A stretch of DNA of 64,000 bases from Cyanobacteria bacterium P01_A01_bin.123 (GCA_039815185.1 JBCBZT010000002.1:32001-96000); one strand, 5' to 3'; positions 28,555 through 38,800 are shown, numbered from the stretch's first letter. The notes: a model not told the origin generated them from the letters alone. Made by a program: numbers and translations.

Positions 28555-28776
28555 ATGTTTCAGACTCTCCGCTTTTCCATTGATATGATCCAAGACGAAG
28601 CCCGCCAACTTGTGCAGCGGGGTGTTGTTAGCCGCCAGCAACCGATCTATACCCTTTGTCAGTACATCCCAGCTCGGGAATGGGAAGGGGTTGAAGCTGC
28701 GCTTGAACGTCAAGGTTTCTTGTTACGCGATCGCATCAGCGATTTAATGGGTCGCGAAGACTGGGAGAATGACTAA
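28555..28776 (+). CDS. DUF4327-family cyanobacterial protein
   Basis: IQDEARQLV..GVVSRQQPIYTLCQYIPAREW...W.ND. Confidence 0.8.
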   Translation: MFQTLRFSIDMIQDEARQLVQRGVVSRQQPIYTLCQYIPAREWEGVEAALERQGFLLRDRISDLMGREDWEND

Positions 28777-28830
28777 TTAGGGCTGAATCCCTCCAGTCAT
28801 CTATCAAGTTTGAGAATCGATCAAATCTAG

Positions 28831-29805
28831 CTATTCAAATAGGGTGAGCTGAGAGGGCTGCAAAGGCAGCTTAATCTCAGCCCAGGGGAGTGGCGGTAGA
28901 TCTGCCTCACCCACGACTGCAGCCAGGTCGTTTTGAAAGTGGCGGGCGATCGCAGGTGAACGCGACTCATCTGGACAATGAAAGAAACTGTAGACTTGGG
29001 TGCCTTGCTTGAGCCATTGGGCGATGCGAGGCACCCATTGGTCAAAATAGGGTTGGTTGACGGCCATTGAAGGATGGCCAATATAGCGGACTAGGGTAAA
29101 CGGGGCAGTCACGACGGGTTGTAAGGGCAATCTGGGTTTGCGTCGCTCTGAAGCGATTTGCGGATCTTCAGCACCGTCGTCAACGCAGTCATAAATTGGC
29201 CGCGTATCGAGTAAGACTCGACCCACACCGCGATCGCGCAGTAAGTCATTTAATCGCTCAGCGTGCGGTGGCTTAAACCAGTCAGGGTGGCGAACTTCCA
29301 CTGCGATCGCGCCCTGTTCTTTGGGCCAATGATCGAGAAATGCTTGTAAATCAGAGAATTGGTTTGGCCCATAGCTGGGCGGCAGTTGGGCAAAAAATGG
29401 CCCCAAGCGATCGCCCAAGGGCTGCATTTTGACAAGAAACCTGAGAGCTTCTGGCCAATGGGGCATCAGTTGACCCCCATGGGTGACGCTACGCGGTAGC
29501 TTGAGACAAAACTGAAACCCTGGAATGCTCTCCTGTGCCCAGCGTTTCACCGTGGCGTTATCGGGCACAGAATAAAAGGTGGTGTTGCCTTCAACCGCGG
29601 TCATCCGCTGGCTGTAGAGTTTGAGAAAATCACCGGGACGGCTTTTGGCTGGGTAAAAGTCGCCCACCCAATCTTTATAAGCCCATACGGCACAGCCAAT
29701 ATAAAAAGCGCGATCGCGATAATTCACCGAATAAACCACATCTAATTTGAAAGCTTGTTCGCGCAGCGTCTCCACAGGAGCAATTTTTAGCTTAAGGGAA
29801 AACAA
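28831..29805 (-). CDS. DUF72-family protein (start probably downstream of 29805)
   Basis: IGCAVW, VEGNTTFYSVP, QLPPS, AVEVRHPDW. Confidence 0.85.
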   Translation of the reverse strand: MFSLKLKIAPVETLREQAFKLDVVYSVNYRDRAFYIGCAVWAYKDWVGDFYPAKSRPGDFLKLYSQRMTAVEGNTTFYSVPDNATVKRWAQESIPGFQFCLKLPRSVTHGGQLMPHWPEALRFLVKMQPLGDRLGPFFAQLPPSYGPNQFSDLQAFLDHWPKEQGAIAVEVRHPDWFKPPHAERLNDLLRDRGVGRVLLDTRPIYDCVDDGAEDPQIASERRKPRLPLQPVVTAPFTLVRYIGHPSMAVNQPYFDQWVPRIAQWLKQGTQVYSFFHCPDESRSPAIARHFQNDLAAVVGEADLPPLPWAEIKLPLQPSQLTLFE

Positions 29806-29918
29806 TAGATCTGTATGGGGCCACGGTTTATTTCCCCTGTTCAGCGAGAAAAGTGTAACAATTTTGTCAGAGCCCTGCTCACGCTATAGCCTTTTACCAC
29901 CGCGATCGCTAACTGGTC

Positions 29919-30917
29919 ATGTCCTTTATCCATATCCCCAAACCTTGGCAACTGCCAGAAACCGCCGCTACTTCAGAAACCGCTTTTTTCAATCGGCGCA
30001 AATTTATCAAAACCCTTGCGGGTGCAGGCATTGGTGCTAGTGTGACATCACTAATCGGATGCCAGCGCCAAGCGCAAACCATTGATCCCGAACTGGAAGC
30101 TACGTTAGGGACTGAGTTAAAGTCAGTCCGCACCAATCGAGACTTTACGGCAGATACAGTGAATCGCCCCGTTACTGAGCAGGTGTTTGCCAGTCGTTAT
30201 AACAATTACTACGAATTTGGCAGCACTAAGACCATCTGGAAAAAAGCTCAAGACTTGCCCACCGACGACTGGAAGGTAGAAGTTACAGGCTTGGTCAATA
30301 ACCCCACAACGTATGATCTCGATGATCTCTATAAAAAGTTCCCGCTCGAAGAACGGGTTTATCGCTTTCGCTGCGTCGAAGCTTGGGCTATGGTGGTGCC
30401 TTGGATTGGCTTTCCGATGAAGCGAATTATCGAAGCTGTGGAGCCAACCAGCGACGCTAAGTTTGTGCGATTTATCTCCTTCTATGACGATAAAATTAGC
30501 ACTGGCCCGGCCTGGCCCCCGTCTGCCTATATGCCCTGGCCCTACACCGAAGGGCTAACGATTGAAGAAATGGCCAATGATCTGTCCTTCTTCGCGGTAG
30601 GCCTTTACGGACGCACCTTACCCAAGCAGCACGGTGCCCCCATCCGCATGGTGATGCCGTGGAAATATGGCTTTAAGGGGGCAAAATCGGTGGTCAAAAT
30701 CGAGTTTGTCAACGAACAGCCCGCCACGTTTTGGAATACTCTTGGGCCCAATGAATATGGTTTTATTGCCAACGTTGAACCCGATGTGCCCCATCCCCGC
30801 TGGTCTCAGGCGACAGAGCGGATTGTGGGCGAAGGGGCTAATCCATTTGCTTGGGAACGGCAGGATACGCTGCTTTACAACGGCTATGGGGAGTATGTTG
30901 CCGACCTCTATACATAG
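29919..30917 (+). CDS. msrP: Periplasmic methionine-sulfoxide reductase catalytic subunit
   Basis: Tat motif NRRKFIK; YNNYYEF; RFRCVEAW; PWKYGFKGAKS; HPRWSQATE. Confidence 0.93.
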   Translation: MSFIHIPKPWQLPETAATSETAFFNRRKFIKTLAGAGIGASVTSLIGCQRQAQTIDPELEATLGTELKSVRTNRDFTADTVNRPVTEQVFASRYNNYYEFGSTKTIWKKAQDLPTDDWKVEVTGLVNNPTTYDLDDLYKKFPLEERVYRFRCVEAWAMVVPWIGFPMKRIIEAVEPTSDAKFVRFISFYDDKISTGPAWPPSAYMPWPYTEGLTIEEMANDLSFFAVGLYGRTLPKQHGAPIRMVMPWKYGFKGAKSVVKIEFVNEQPATFWNTLGPNEYGFIANVEPDVPHPRWSQATERIVGEGANPFAWERQDTLLYNGYGEYVADLYT

Positions 30918-30969
30918 CATTGGCCTCTACACATAGTATTGGATTGTCAGTTCTCCTGGCGATCGCAAC

Positions 30970-31950
30970 TCACAAGCGATAGCCCAACTGACCAGCGGTC
31001 TCTCCTGCAATCTTTTTAATCAGGGAGACCTCTATCCGGCTGAGCTGACTGCTGTATTTTCGAATGGGTTCCTCGATCCGTTGTCCTAAGAGGGTTCGAT
31101 CCACCTTTAATTCGATGAAATCTTCTATCTTGGAGATTTCTCCGTCTTTGCCAATCAAATCTTCGTAGCGTACGATCAGGCTCTTTAGCCCAGCGACTTG
31201 AGTGGCAAAACCCTCCGCAAGGTATGACCAAAATGTCGCAAAGTCAGTTGCCGTATCAACCCTTAAATTAGGCCATTGAATATACCATGCACGGCCTTTA
31301 TAAGACCGATAGGCATCGATGGGATTGCGCGTCAAAAAGATAAATTTAGCGTTTGGAAACAGCCAGTTTAAATACAAGGCCTGATCAATATTTAACCGGA
31401 CTTCTTTCATGCCCCAATGCTTAAATCCCTGTTTAAGCGCCGGGTCTTGAAGTAACTTGATGAAAAAACTTTGGTGTGCATCATAAAGCGCTTGAACTGG
31501 CGGAAAGAGGCAAGCAGTCCAGGTTGTCGTCAATGCCTGAACATCGTCTGATGATATGGGCTGAAAGCATCCATCGTAAGGATAGTCAGATTTGAATGCC
31601 CTCAAATGTGAAAATAATGCATGACTTGGCATCGTGTCAGAATAGGGTTCTCCCCAGATCAAGGCCTCTCCACTACTCATCACCAAACGCTGTAACAGGG
31701 TAGATCCGGTTCGCCAACCCGTCGCGCAAATAAAAATTGGAGCATGGCTTTCGCCAGAATTTTGGGTCAAGTCATACACTTGTGATAACCGTTCAAGCAA
31801 AGCCAGAGACTCACTGTACTCGCCATAAACTCTCTTAAGTTCAGATTTCCTTACATTAGCCCTGAGATAAGGCTTGATGTAAGGGCAGTAAATCGATCTG
31901 TAGTAGAGTTGCCAGGAATATTTCAGGGGATTCTTTAAAGGCATCAGCAA
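30970..31950 (-). CDS. Sulfotransferase-family protein
   Basis: 5'-PSB loop WRTGSTLLQR; RNPIDAYRS; VRYEDL. Confidence 0.8.
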   Translation of the reverse strand: MLMPLKNPLKYSWQLYYRSIYCPYIKPYLRANVRKSELKRVYGEYSESLALLERLSQVYDLTQNSGESHAPIFICATGWRTGSTLLQRLVMSSGEALIWGEPYSDTMPSHALFSHLRAFKSDYPYDGCFQPISSDDVQALTTTWTACLFPPVQALYDAHQSFFIKLLQDPALKQGFKHWGMKEVRLNIDQALYLNWLFPNAKFIFLTRNPIDAYRSYKGRAWYIQWPNLRVDTATDFATFWSYLAEGFATQVAGLKSLIVRYEDLIGKDGEISKIEDFIELKVDRTLLGQRIEEPIRKYSSQLSRIEVSLIKKIAGETAGQLGYRL

Positions 31951-31965
31951 GTATATTGGGGCTGA

Positions 31966-32769
31966 CTATTGCAACGTCCAATTGTAGGCATGATCGCTAC
32001 TGGGATAAACACCGCTACGAACCTCTTCAGAGAACCGTTCCGCTGCCGCTGCAATATCGCAACGCAACGCTGCATATCGTTTGACAAAACGGGGTGAGCG
32101 ATCGCCATGTAGCCCCAACATCTCAGTTGAAACGAGTACCTGGGCATCACAATCAGGCCCAGCCCCAATGCCAACCGTAGGAATCTTCAATGCAGCTGTG
32201 ACTTCCCTGGCTGCTGTACTTGGGATAGCCTCGATCAGCAGTGCAAAAATACCCGCATCTTCGAGCGCTAGCGCATCTTGTATCAGTGCATCGACAGCAG
32301 CCCTTGTTCTGGCCTGCACTTTGTTACCCCCAAGTTGATGATAAGACTGTGGGGTCAGTCCCAGGTGCCCCATCACTGGGATACCAATTTGGGTGAGCTG
32401 TTTGATTAACGCCTCATGGCGACCTTCTAGCTTCACTGCTTGTACACCAGCCTCTTGCACCAACCTGCCAGCATTGCGAATCCCTGCTTCAACCCCATCG
32501 TAGGAACCAAAGGGCAGATCTCCAATGACCAGCGCATGACGAGCAGCACGAGCTACGATTTCGCAGTGATATACCATGGCGTTCATGGTTACCGAGATGG
32601 TTGTGTTATGGCCTTGAACAAAAATGCCCAGCGTGTCTCCTACCAGAAGCAAGGGAATGCCAGCCTGATCTAGTGCAGCCGCTGTGGGGTAGTCGTACGC
32701 TGTCAGCATGGCGAATCGTTCTCCCCGGGCTTTGTAAGACCATAAGTCCTGAATGGTAATGCGATTCAT
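31966..32769 (-). CDS. panB: 3-methyl-2-oxobutanoate hydroxymethyltransferase
   Basis: MLTAYD, LLVGD, DLPFGSY, VKLEG, GHLGLTPQ, GIGAG. Confidence 0.93.
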   Translation of the reverse strand: MNRITIQDLWSYKARGERFAMLTAYDYPTAAALDQAGIPLLLVGDTLGIFVQGHNTTISVTMNAMVYHCEIVARAARHALVIGDLPFGSYDGVEAGIRNAGRLVQEAGVQAVKLEGRHEALIKQLTQIGIPVMGHLGLTPQSYHQLGGNKVQARTRAAVDALIQDALALEDAGIFALLIEAIPSTAAREVTAALKIPTVGIGAGPDCDAQVLVSTEMLGLHGDRSPRFVKRYAALRCDIAAAAERFSEEVRSGVYPSSDHAYNWTLQ

Positions 32770-33010
32770 CTTCGTGAAGACCTCGTAAAAAGAGTAAGAG
32801 TAGCGATCATGCTTTGCCTAAACATCAAGCTATGCGCAAATAATCCATCAGCCTATTCCTAAGCATCAACCTCAATCGTATTTGAGAGATAAAACCAGTG
32901 ATTGGCGATCGCGAACCATGGCGCTGCTAGTTACGCTGTGTTTTGTGCCCAATGCAATCAATGCGACCGCTGCCAGGGATAATAAGAAACCACAGCCATT
33001 CTTTCCCGCC

Positions 33011-33922
33011 ATGACTCCCCGTCGATTTCAGCTCAATCAGTTTTTTCCCTTCTCTTTGTTTCGTGGCGGACAGGGAAAGGGTGCGAGTATCTCGGTCATT
33101 TTTATGGTTGCAGGGATTGTGATTACGCTGGGCTTTATTGCAATCGCGGTCTTTGCCCCCCTGCTTCAAAACTGGGGTATTTTGCAAGATCCCACAGCGG
33201 CTCTACAAAACCCAACCCACCAACCGCCATCAGTAGCCCACTGGTTTGGGACGACTCGTCAAGGCTATGATGTGTTTTCACGTACGCTGTATGGTACCCA
33301 AGCTGCCTGGAAAGTCGTGTTACTAGCCACCGCCATGAGCGTGGTGATTGGTGTGCCCTTGGGGATGGTTAGTGGTTATTTGGGCGGCAAACTCGATCGC
33401 GCCCTGCTGTTTTTTATGGATACAATTTACACCCTGCCTGGGCTGCTCCTATCGGTGACGTTAGCTTTTGTCGTCGGGCGGGGGGTGTTAAATGCTGCGA
33501 TCGCGCTCAGTATTGCTTATGTGCCCCAGTATTACCGGGTAGTGCGCAACCACACCGTCAGCGTCAAGACCGAATTATTTATCGAAGCAGCCCAGGCCAT
33601 GGGGGCATCTACCTGGGCCGTGCTGAGCCGTTACTTGTTTTTGAACGTGGTGCAGAGTGTACCTGTGCTGTTCACGCTGAATGCCGCTGATGCTGTCCTG
33701 ATTTTGGGAGGGTTGGGCTTTTTGGGACTGGGATTACCAGAGCAAACCCCAGAGTGGGGCGCTGATATTCGTCAAGCGCTGGATGCTTTGCCAACCGGTA
33801 TCTGGTGGACGGCGTTGTTTCCCGGCTTAACCCTGACCATGATGGTTACCGGGCTATCCCTTGTGGGCGAAGGTCTCAACGAATTTGTTAATCCCCTGCT
33901 GCGTCGAGAAAATTGGGAATAG
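33011..33922 (+). CDS. Peptide/nickel ABC transporter permease (DppC/OppC family)
   Basis: HWFGTTRQGYDVFSR; EAA loop FIEAAQAMGAS; PEWG; ATG at 33011 is the more plausible start than 32882. Confidence 0.88.
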   Translation: MTPRRFQLNQFFPFSLFRGGQGKGASISVIFMVAGIVITLGFIAIAVFAPLLQNWGILQDPTAALQNPTHQPPSVAHWFGTTRQGYDVFSRTLYGTQAAWKVVLLATAMSVVIGVPLGMVSGYLGGKLDRALLFFMDTIYTLPGLLLSVTLAFVVGRGVLNAAIALSIAYVPQYYRVVRNHTVSVKTELFIEAAQAMGASTWAVLSRYLFLNVVQSVPVLFTLNAADAVLILGGLGFLGLGLPEQTPEWGADIRQALDALPTGIWWTALFPGLTLTMMVTGLSLVGEGLNEFVNPLLRRENWE

Positions 33923-33980
33923 AGGCGTCCTACGTTACTCATCTCTAATGAAACGCTCACCTGTTAGCGTCTAAATATTT

Positions 33981-34787
33981 TTGTCCAGCAAGCCATTGAC
34001 CTCGAAATTGAACAAGATTTTTGTATTAGAGTCACCGACGACTCAAGCCCTGCCGATTTTGGCCAATCTTCCGCACAGTGGCCTTTTTGTCCCAGACGCT
34101 ATTCGTCAGCAGTTAACTGAAGCGCATCAGGCGTTTTTGCCCAATCAGGACTGGCACCTCGATCGGCTCTATGACTTTTTACCCGCGCTGGGTGTCTCCA
34201 CATTGCAAGCGACGCATAGCCGCTACGTGGTTGATCTGAATCGCTCTTTGAAACCCCCCTACTTGGGTGACTTCTGGAGTTCGGTGATACCCAATCAGAC
34301 TGCCTTTAAGGTGCCGCTGTACCAGACACTCCCCTCCCCTGAAGCGCTTAAGCAGCGGCTTCAGGACTATTACTTGCCATACCACGCCCGACTTGCCCAT
34401 CAACTCAGCCAGATGATTCAGCGATTTGGGCGAGTCTACCTGCTTGATTTGCACAGTTTCTACGGTTTGATTACTGATGATGTGTGTTTGGGTAACGCCA
34501 AGGGCAAAACCTGCTCAGAACGGTTGATGGCAAGTGTTGAAAGGGCATTCGTAGATCGAGGCTACGGTGTGGTGCGTAATAAGGCGTTTACGGGTGGTCA
34601 CATTACCCGTCACTATGGCAATCTACCCCATGTTGAAGCGCTACAAATTGAAGTCCGTTATCCGGTTTACTTAGACGAAGATCGGCTGGATGAGCTGACT
34701 GTTCCTGACTGGCAAGTGGCTAAATTTGAAGCGGCAAAGCAGCAGTTTAGGATGGGTTTTGAACAATTCATCGATATGATTTTCTGA
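33981..34787 (+). CDS. N-formylglutamate amidohydrolase family
   Basis: PHSG, DWHLDRLY, SRYVVDLNR, PYH, DLHS, LQIE. Confidence 0.85.
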   Translation: MSSKPLTSKLNKIFVLESPTTQALPILANLPHSGLFVPDAIRQQLTEAHQAFLPNQDWHLDRLYDFLPALGVSTLQATHSRYVVDLNRSLKPPYLGDFWSSVIPNQTAFKVPLYQTLPSPEALKQRLQDYYLPYHARLAHQLSQMIQRFGRVYLLDLHSFYGLITDDVCLGNAKGKTCSERLMASVERAFVDRGYGVVRNKAFTGGHITRHYGNLPHVEALQIEVRYPVYLDEDRLDELTVPDWQVAKFEAAKQQFRMGFEQFIDMIF

Positions 34788-34974
34788 CGGGCTTCTGATT
34801 GAATTGAGGCATTGATCAGTCTAGGTAAAATTCCCTAAAGAAATAATTTAACATTTAATTTCTTCCTCAGAAAATGCTCAGCATCTCCTTATGAGGAGAT
34901 CAGTTGACGCTAAACAATATGTCTCACTATAGGAAATATAGAGAACGTTAAACGCTTCAAAAAGGAGGTTAATT

Positions 34975-35148
34975 ATGAAACGTTATTTGTTTTCTGGGCT
35001 AATCGTCCTCCTAGCCACTGTTGTTACAATACCCCTTGCGAATGCTAGTCAGGTTGGGCTCCAAAATCTCGACGCAGATCTGAATGGAGATGGTCAAGTT
35101 ACCTTGACTGAGTTGAAAAACTACAACCGCGATCAACGTCAAAACTAG
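34975..35148 (+). CDS. 57-aa secreted protein with one EF-hand-like Ca-binding loop (absent from the ORF track)
   Basis: RBS AAGGAGGT; MKRYLFSGLIVLLATVVTIPLANA-SQVGLQNLDADLNGDGQVTLTELKNYNRDQRQN*. Confidence 0.8.
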   Translation: MKRYLFSGLIVLLATVVTIPLANASQVGLQNLDADLNGDGQVTLTELKNYNRDQRQN

Positions 35149-35212
35149 CTAATTCAGGTGGAAAACCGATGTGTCAGCTCCTTATTAGTGGTTCATCTTG
35201 ACGCATCATGTC

Positions 35213-35247
35213 TGCGGCTTTGATTAATTTCTTCAAAGCCGCATTTC
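35213..35247 (+). terminator. Stem-loop terminator after the small secreted protein
   Basis: TGCGGCTTTGA / TCAAAGCCGCA 11-bp stem followed by TTT. Confidence 0.6.
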
Positions 35248-35383
35248 CTATGTGGAATTCAGACCTAATTTGCTCTAAACCTTGACCAAATATAGATCCC
35301 CAATTTTCCCTGAATACGCGCAAGAATTTTCCCAGGCTAAACACTCAAGCTCTAAAGTCAGATGTGGTTTAAAATCTGCTCGA

Positions 35384-36718
35384 CTAAGTGGCTTCTTTTG
35401 AAGGCGTGGTGTTGCTGGCTAACTGTTCCCGCAGAAGTAATAGAATTCCGCTAGCGATCGCGGCGCTAAAGAGCAAGACTAGCCAGATATTAACCCCTAA
35501 CCATGCGGGATGATCCAAGGCCCAACCGCCTAAAGGAGGCCCGATTAAAAACCCGATTGCCCAGGATTCTGACTCCAGGGCAAAATAGATTCCCCGCAAT
35601 GTAGAGGGGGCGAGATCCCCAACGAGGGAAGAGGCCGAAGGGCCGTAGCAAATTTCGGCAAAGGCGATGAAGGCGAATGCCGTAAGCACCACAACTAAGG
35701 TGTTGATCGGCACAACCCCCGCTAACCAAATGAAGAAAAACCCCCCAGTCCATAGGCCCAAAGATCCCAATAGAACATTGACATGGGGAACTGGCCTTAG
35801 CCAGCGGGTAATTGGCAACTGCAGCAGGATTTTGAGCAGGGCGTGCCAAAAAAAGAAATAGCTGATTAGCTGTTCTGAAAATCCCCGCTCAGTGTTGCCA
35901 CCCGGTAGAAAGTTAGCCAGATATAGGGGCAGTGTGCTGCTGAGCTGGGCTGTGTAGATCGTGAAGAATAGATTGGCACTCAGGTAGGTCACCAAGCGGC
36001 GATCGCTGAGGGCTTGTCGCCAGTTTTGTAACAGGTTTTGAGGTTCCGTTTCGGGCGATCGCGTTTCGGGCGATCGCGTTTCGGCGATCGCCCCGAAAAT
36101 TACCAACCCAAACACCAGATAGGCCAAGCCTTTGCAAATAAACAATACTGGGTAGCTGCCTTCCATCGCGAGGTACTGCCCCGCGATCAATGCCCCCAGT
36201 CCCAACCCAAGATTGTCGGCTAATCGGGTGAGGGCCATGGCTTCGGTTCGATGTTCAGGCGCAGTTAGATCTGTGGTCGCTGCCAGCGTCGCCGGCCAAT
36301 AGAGGCTAATTCCCAGCCCCAACAGTAGGTTCCCGGCGACCAGTAGGGGGAAGGTATCGGCAAACGCTAAGGAGAAACTGCCCAGGGCTGCGATCGCAGC
36401 TGCCATCAGCAAGGTACCACGTCGCCCCAACCGCTCAGAATCAATCGCATTGCCCGCCCAAAATCTCCCCAACGTGCCTGAAATGCCGCCGCTTCCTAGG
36501 GCTAAGCCAACTTGGGTTGGTGAGAAGCCCAACGTGTTGACGAAATAGATAGACGCATAGACCAGGGTGAACCCCTGGCCGATAAACAGGAGTAGCTGGC
36601 CCGCTGCCAAAATCCAAACTTCCCGCCTTAGCTCTGGTAACCAGGCCAAGCCTCTGTTAGCGGGCTCAAAAGACGACTCTGGCTGCCCCATAAAAACTAA
36701 GCCACATCCGATTTGCAA
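35384..36718 (-). CDS. MFS transporter
   Basis: About 12 TM segments; DSERLGRR motif A; LRGIYF. Confidence 0.88.
   Translation of the reverse strand: MQIGCGLVFMGQPESSFEPANRGLAWLPELRREVWILAAGQLLLFIGQGFTLVYASIYFVNTLGFSPTQVGLALGSGGISGTLGRFWAGNAIDSERLGRRGTLLMAAAIAALGSFSLAFADTFPLLVAGNLLLGLGISLYWPATLAATTDLTAPEHRTEAMALTRLADNLGLGLGALIAGQYLAMEGSYPVLFICKGLAYLVFGLVIFGAIAETRSPETRSPETEPQNLLQNWRQALSDRRLVTYLSANLFFTIYTAQLSSTLPLYLANFLPGGNTERGFSEQLISYFFFWHALLKILLQLPITRWLRPVPHVNVLLGSLGLWTGGFFFIWLAGVVPINTLVVVLTAFAFIAFAEICYGPSASSLVGDLAPSTLRGIYFALESESWAIGFLIGPPLGGWALDHPAWLGVNIWLVLLFSAAIASGILLLLREQLASNTTPSKEAT
36047..36090. repeat. Three-copy 14-15 bp tandem repeat, each copy containing HIP1
   Basis: CGTTTCGGGCGATCG x2 then CGTTTCGGCGATCG; encodes ETRSPETRSPET in the MFS central loop. 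Confidence 0.85.
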
Positions 36719-36923
36719 ACTTGAGTTTTAGCTTAGGGGAAAATGCTGGCTCTGGATATGACCAAGATTCAGGGCAGTATGCACACTAGCGATATAGCGC
36801 TGGCCAGATTGCTTAATGCACCTAGTATCGCTGGGATGCCGAACACACAGGCAATCTGGCTCGCCGTAGCGCCCAAAGCTTTGTGGCTACGGCTATATCT
36901 CGAATTTGGGGAGAGCGATTAGG

Positions 36924-37130
36924 TCAAAGAACGGTTGAGCTGCTGGTTTCCAACCAGCTGAAAATCTGGTCTAGCTGCTCAGTGGTTACTAGCCCGTATT
37001 GCCAGAGCACCATCGGCAGTAGGTTAGGCGTCATCTTGCTTTGACGCAGACCCAACGCAATGGCATCTCGAGAGATAGCTAGATCAGAGACCAAGAATTC
37101 AATTAATGAACCATGTTGCAAGGGATGCAT
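36924..37130 (-). CDS. DUF2949-family cyanobacterial protein
   Basis: LPMVLWQYGLVTTEQLDQIFSWL. Confidence 0.85.
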   Translation of the reverse strand: MHPLQHGSLIEFLVSDLAISRDAIALGLRQSKMTPNLLPMVLWQYGLVTTEQLDQIFSWLETSSSTVL

Positions 37131-37217
37131 GAGGGATAGATGCCGGAATGATAGGGAGAGCGATTGGTGACTAGCATAGTGAACTATTCTGAATCGGAGA
37201 TGAGTATACCCCTAGAA

Positions 37218-37286
37218 TTAATAACCCCGACGAATCCGCCGGGGTAAGTTGGTTATAAAAGTTTCCATAGACTGCCCGAAGGCATT
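37218..37286 (-). ncRNA. Putative sRNA, copy 1 (tentatively PsrR1-like)
   Basis: -10-like TACATT, 5' hairpin TGCCTTCGGGCA, single-stranded CTATGGAAAC..TATAACCAA, terminator CCCCGGCGGATTCGTCGGGG-TTATT; phased TTTAC-like repeats upstream; paralog at 41563. Confidence 0.55.
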
Positions 37287-37708
37287 GACGACAATGTAGG
37301 CGATCTCACCCGGAGATACTGTAAATGTTTGGTAAAGCCTGATAAAGAAATTGCAAAAAAAATGTCAGCTAACGTTTGGCTCTCGACTCCTCTCTGAGCG
37401 ATCGCTCCCTGTTAGTAAGATATCTCACAAGACGGCGTGAATGAATAGCATCAAATAGCACAATAAAAGCCAAGGCTTTGGAAACAAACTCTCTAAAAGC
37501 ATGTCATAGTACTTTATATTCTGAAGTAATTGACTCTAGAAAAGCACTGGGTCAAAGTCAATCTAATTTGAATTGATTTGGCTCTTCGGAAATCTTGACC
37601 ATAGATTAGAGCAACTCTACCAGGTATAGGTCTAAGATTATTTCAGGGTGTTATCGCTTTATTTTGTTTGGGGCATCGCAGCGGTAAACCCAAGAGAGCA
37701 AAGCAATT

Positions 37709-38014
37709 ATGGACTTTGAAAAGTCAATTTCAAAGCAGTCTATCGCGACCGTTAAAAAAGGATTGCTAGCTTCAGATTTGGCAGGCAAAACAATTGTTCT
37801 CGATATAAATTCAGGTTGCTACTTTGGTTTGCATACAATCGCATCCAATATCTGGAACCTGCCTGAAACACCTAGATCGGATCAAGCGATTCAAAATTCT
37901 CTGATTGCAGGGTACCTGATAATGCCCGAGCAATGTGAGCGAGATATGCTGATGTTGTTGCAAGAATTACAGGGAGAAGGGTTAGTTGAGGTGAAAGATG
38001 AAGCAGTTGTATAG
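37709..38014 (+). CDS. PqqD-family RiPP recognition element (lasso B1)
   Basis: ASDLAGKTIVLDINSGCYFGL..IASNIW...CERD...LLQELQGEGLV. Confidence 0.8.
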   Translation: MDFEKSISKQSIATVKKGLLASDLAGKTIVLDINSGCYFGLHTIASNIWNLPETPRSDQAIQNSLIAGYLIMPEQCERDMLMLLQELQGEGLVEVKDEAVV

Positions 38015-38450
38015 GTTTTTTCGTCTCCCTTCCGGCGATCGCCAACTGCTCATCAAGACGTTTATTCTGCTCTCACTGATTAGATTGGGACTCTGGTTAC
38101 TGCCATTTCAAAGATTACGACAATTCCTAGATCTGATTCGCCAGGGAAACCGCCAAGCTTCACAGATCCAACCCACTGACCCGGACAAAATTATCACTGC
38201 CGTTAATATTAGCAGTCGCTATATGCCTGGGGGTGAAAAGTGCCTAGCCCGTGCGTTAACCACACAGACGCTGATGTTTTGGCATGGTTACTCGCCCCAA
38301 CTCCACCTTGGCGTGACTAAGGGAGAACAAGGAGAATTTGAAGCTCACGCTTGGGTTGAACATCAGGGACAAGTCGTCATCGGATATCTAGCAGATCTTT
38401 CGCGCTTCACCCCGCTCTACTACCCGTTTTGGAAGGGGGTTAGATTGTGA
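37998..38450 (+). CDS. Lasso peptide leader peptidase B2 (transglutaminase-like)
   Basis: KCLARAL (Cys), LGV, AHAWVE (His). Confidence 0.9.
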   Translation: MKQLYRFFRLPSGDRQLLIKTFILLSLIRLGLWLLPFQRLRQFLDLIRQGNRQASQIQPTDPDKIITAVNISSRYMPGGEKCLARALTTQTLMFWHGYSPQLHLGVTKGEQGEFEAHAWVEHQGQVVIGYLADLSRFTPLYYPFWKGVRL

Positions 38451-38506
38451 GCAGTATTGTTGGGATTGACTACCTTGATGAGCGATTCGTTCAGCCTGAC
38501 AGCTAG
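38447..38506 (+). pseudogene. N-terminal remnant of a lasso cyclase (asparagine synthetase-like C protein)
   Basis: GTG coupled to the B2 stop; MSSIVGIDYLDERFVQPDS* resembles the MSGIxG start of AsnB-like cyclases. Confidence 0.5.
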
Positions 38507-38579
38507 GACGAAACTAAGGATCATTGTGGCGTTAAATCCTTCTATCACGATGAGAGATGCCAACTTCAGTTGAGCTATC

Positions 38580-38687
38580 TATCCGGATCTAGGCGTTGGG
38601 TTACCCTGCGGGAAGCAAGCTACGTTCCTCAACCACAACCTACGCTTTCTTATATTTAATTGGGCCTTCCTACTTATCCGGATCTAG
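38580..38687. repeat. REP-like element bracketed by a 13-bp direct repeat
   Basis: TATCCGGATCTAG at 38580 and 38675, enclosing GTTGGGTT...GTTCCTCAACCACAACCTAC. Confidence 0.5.
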
Positions 38688-38800
38688 ATTCTAAGTCTAG
38701 AAATGATTTTGGCTTATGAATTCTGACGTCTGACTTCCTGAAATATCGAAAAATATCTCAGCTTTAAACACACTCCAAATTTCGCAATCTAAGGTATATC

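Noticed and set aside
37300..37708. Possible lasso precursor upstream of the RRE gene (also searched 38506-38800)
   Set aside because: No ORF with a YxxPxL...T leader and an acidic ring residue was found by eye.
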